Source: Octopus vulgaris
Taxonomy: Eukaryota
Assembly (NCBI GenBank): GCA_951406725.2
Contig: OX597819.1
Span: 94,798,001-94,862,000 of the forward strand
Direction: 5' to 3'
Length of the DNA stretch: 64,000 nt
A model generated the notes under the pieces. It was given only the letters and a program-made list of their open reading frames with translations, did not search any database and had not been told where the DNA came from. Of this stretch, positions 61,823-64,000 are shown piece after piece. Every line of letters begins with the position of its first letter. Within the stretch, counting starts at the first letter, position 1. The position numbers and the translations under genes were made by a program.

Positions 61823-64000
61823 TGTTGTAGTGTAATTTGATATGTACAATAAGATAACCAGACAACAGTAAAAACAATGTAACGGACTAACAAATCTCTT
61901 TATGAACCAATAATCAATATTCCTTGTGAACTAACCAACTGACACCTTCCAACTTCATTGTGAACTAACATGAACTTCACTTAACTCCGAACTCTGAACT
62001 CTCTTGGATCATTACTATTTATACTTTACTCAAACCAGTCTATCTCTTGCAAGGGGTCATCATAACTTTTATCACATCTCCTCTTTTGAGATTTCAACCA
62101 CTGTGAGTAAGTGGAATTTCTTTTTTCTTTCCTTTCCAGCAACTCCCTCTTTTTTTTTTTAGCTGTTGTATCTTAATTGTTGCCCAACTTTTAAGGTAGT
62201 ATTGTTTGTTGCACACAGCACTTTTACTTTTCATTGTACTAAGCACTCTTGTTTTTTTCGTTTTCTTTTTTTTTTTTAATTTAATATCTTTTTTGTTTAG
62301 ATAATACTTCCAGATAGTCAGTCTACTTTTGCTTTTCTGAAGCTAGTTCTATGGAGTTCAATATCTCTCAATGCTGGCACTTCAAGCATATCATACCTTT
62401 CCTTCTTCTGTGTGTCTCTTCTTTACTGGTTAAGGTGTCACTTATGTTCCAAACATTGTCCTTTAATTAAATACATCATGCTACCTAATCTTTTGATTAC
62501 ACAGCCATCCTCCTAGCCTTCTTTAACATTTTTGTAATTTCTAAAATGAACTTCAAAATGTTTTGTAATATTTCTTGTATTTCCTTCAAATGTATTTTAT
62601 GTCATTTTTCCTGACAATAATTTATCGAAGATTGATTTTATTTTATGTGCGAACATTAACTCTGCTGGTGACTTTACTGAATTAGTATTTGGATTTGGCA
62701 TTATTCTATATACCCTCAAAAATTTCGATAGTGCTTCATCATTATTTAGCTCATTCCTAGCTTTTCTTAGAGTTCTTTTGAACACGTCAACAAATCTTTC
62801 TGCCAGCCCATTTGATCTCAGGTGGTAGAGTAGAATAAAATGTACTTTATGGCATGTATTTTGCAGAAATTTCTTAATTCATGTCCCATGAATTGCATTC
62901 AATTATCTGAAACTATCGTGTCTGGAACAAATATCAAGCAAATAACTTGAGTAGGAACTTTATTGTTGTCTTTGCTGTGGGTTTATTACATCTGCATACC
63001 TCTGGCCACTTTGTATAGTTATCTGCAATGATTAGATAGTATGCACTGTTCACTAGTCCAGCATAGTTGATATGTATCTTGGACCATGGGCTCTCAGTCT
63101 TTGTGCATAGATCTAGTTTATCTGAGAGTATTTGCAGGAATATCTTTAAAAATTTTCCCTTTAACTCTTATTAATTAGTTTTAGAGGGACAACCATTTAT
63201 GTTTTTACGACAGAGATTTATGGAGAGGTTTCATAAATCAAATAATTCTAACCAAACAGATTGGTTGCATTTTTAATGAGAAAGACTTTCGTCTTGCATG
63301 TTTTCCCTCAAAATGTGGCAGGATTTTTAATGTTTGACCTTTGTAATTTTGTTCTGCAGTGTGAATTATTTTGCAACTACAACATTTTGGATTTTTAAAT
63401 GGACAGTCTTTTCTGAAATGCATGCCCCCACAGCCATAACATGGATTAAGATGTGGCACTCTTTTTTAATTGTACTTTTCTGGTCAGCATATCTGTATTT
63501 TTGACGAATCCTTTTCTTGAATTTTTTCTACATTGTGTTTCAGGTTTACCATCCTTTGGCATTCTTCGACCACAGACTGTAAGGTTGGATCTTGGTTCAC
63601 TTGTTCCAATTTAGAAAGAATTCTTGTCCAAATTTCTGCATGTTCACTTGCTGTAAGACCTTGTACAAAAATAACTCTTAAACATCTCAGGTGTAAGTTC
63701 TTTGAGTTTAAAACTTTCACACATCTGGTTGACTGTTCCTACATATGTGATAAAATCATCATTCTCATTTTTCCTTATATTCCAACACTCCATTTGTGTG
63801 TTAAATAGAGAAGTTTTATCACTGAATATGTTAGACAGTAATTCTTTTGCAGATTTCATTGGGATTTTGGGCAATATGAAATTACAGTAATGTTTGTGTT
63901 CTAACGGAGCTAATTTTCACAATATCTCACCTTTTGTTCATTCGACCATGATTTGCAATCTTGCTTAAAAATATCCTTGTACCTTCTGCAGTACGATGCA
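61823..64000 (-). mobile_element. Ty3/Gypsy LTR retrotransposon relic: gag, partial protease region, integrase, PPT, 3' LTR (~61823-62076)
   Basis: CYGCGGMHFRKDC knuckle; integrase HLRSNGLAERFVDVFKRTL...SPAELMF; PPT AAAAGAGGAGA next to TG of the LTR; runs off the window. Confidence 0.82.

Overview
AT-rich eukaryotic genomic DNA, rich in microsatellites and transposons. The SINE and LINE repertoire looks like Octopus or a related coleoid cephalopod (inference). Two spliced host genes converge. (1) The last five exons of a FASTK-family RAP-domain gene, TBRG4/FASTKD4-like, on + (9225-15672). (2) An apparently complete six-exon gene on - (54067-36612) for a ~793-aa secreted protein: signal peptide plus four VWA domains, each with an intact MIDAS motif. 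The rest is mostly mobile DNA. There is a near-intact 5.3-kb RTE LINE with a 1033-aa APE-RT ORF carrying a PHD-type C4HC3 finger inside the RT, 162-bp 5' monomers, triple G-quadruplex motifs and a 159-bp 3' UTR array, plus many decayed copies. There is also a Naiad-type Penelope-like element with a minimal hammerhead ribozyme, and several other hammerhead-like relics in microsatellites. Also present: an R4/Dong-like REL LINE, a full-length Hsmar1-like mariner, other Tc1/mariner relics, two Gypsy LTR relics, a piggyBac-type MITE and several tRNA-derived SINE families. All calls come from reading the sequence; no database searches were run.
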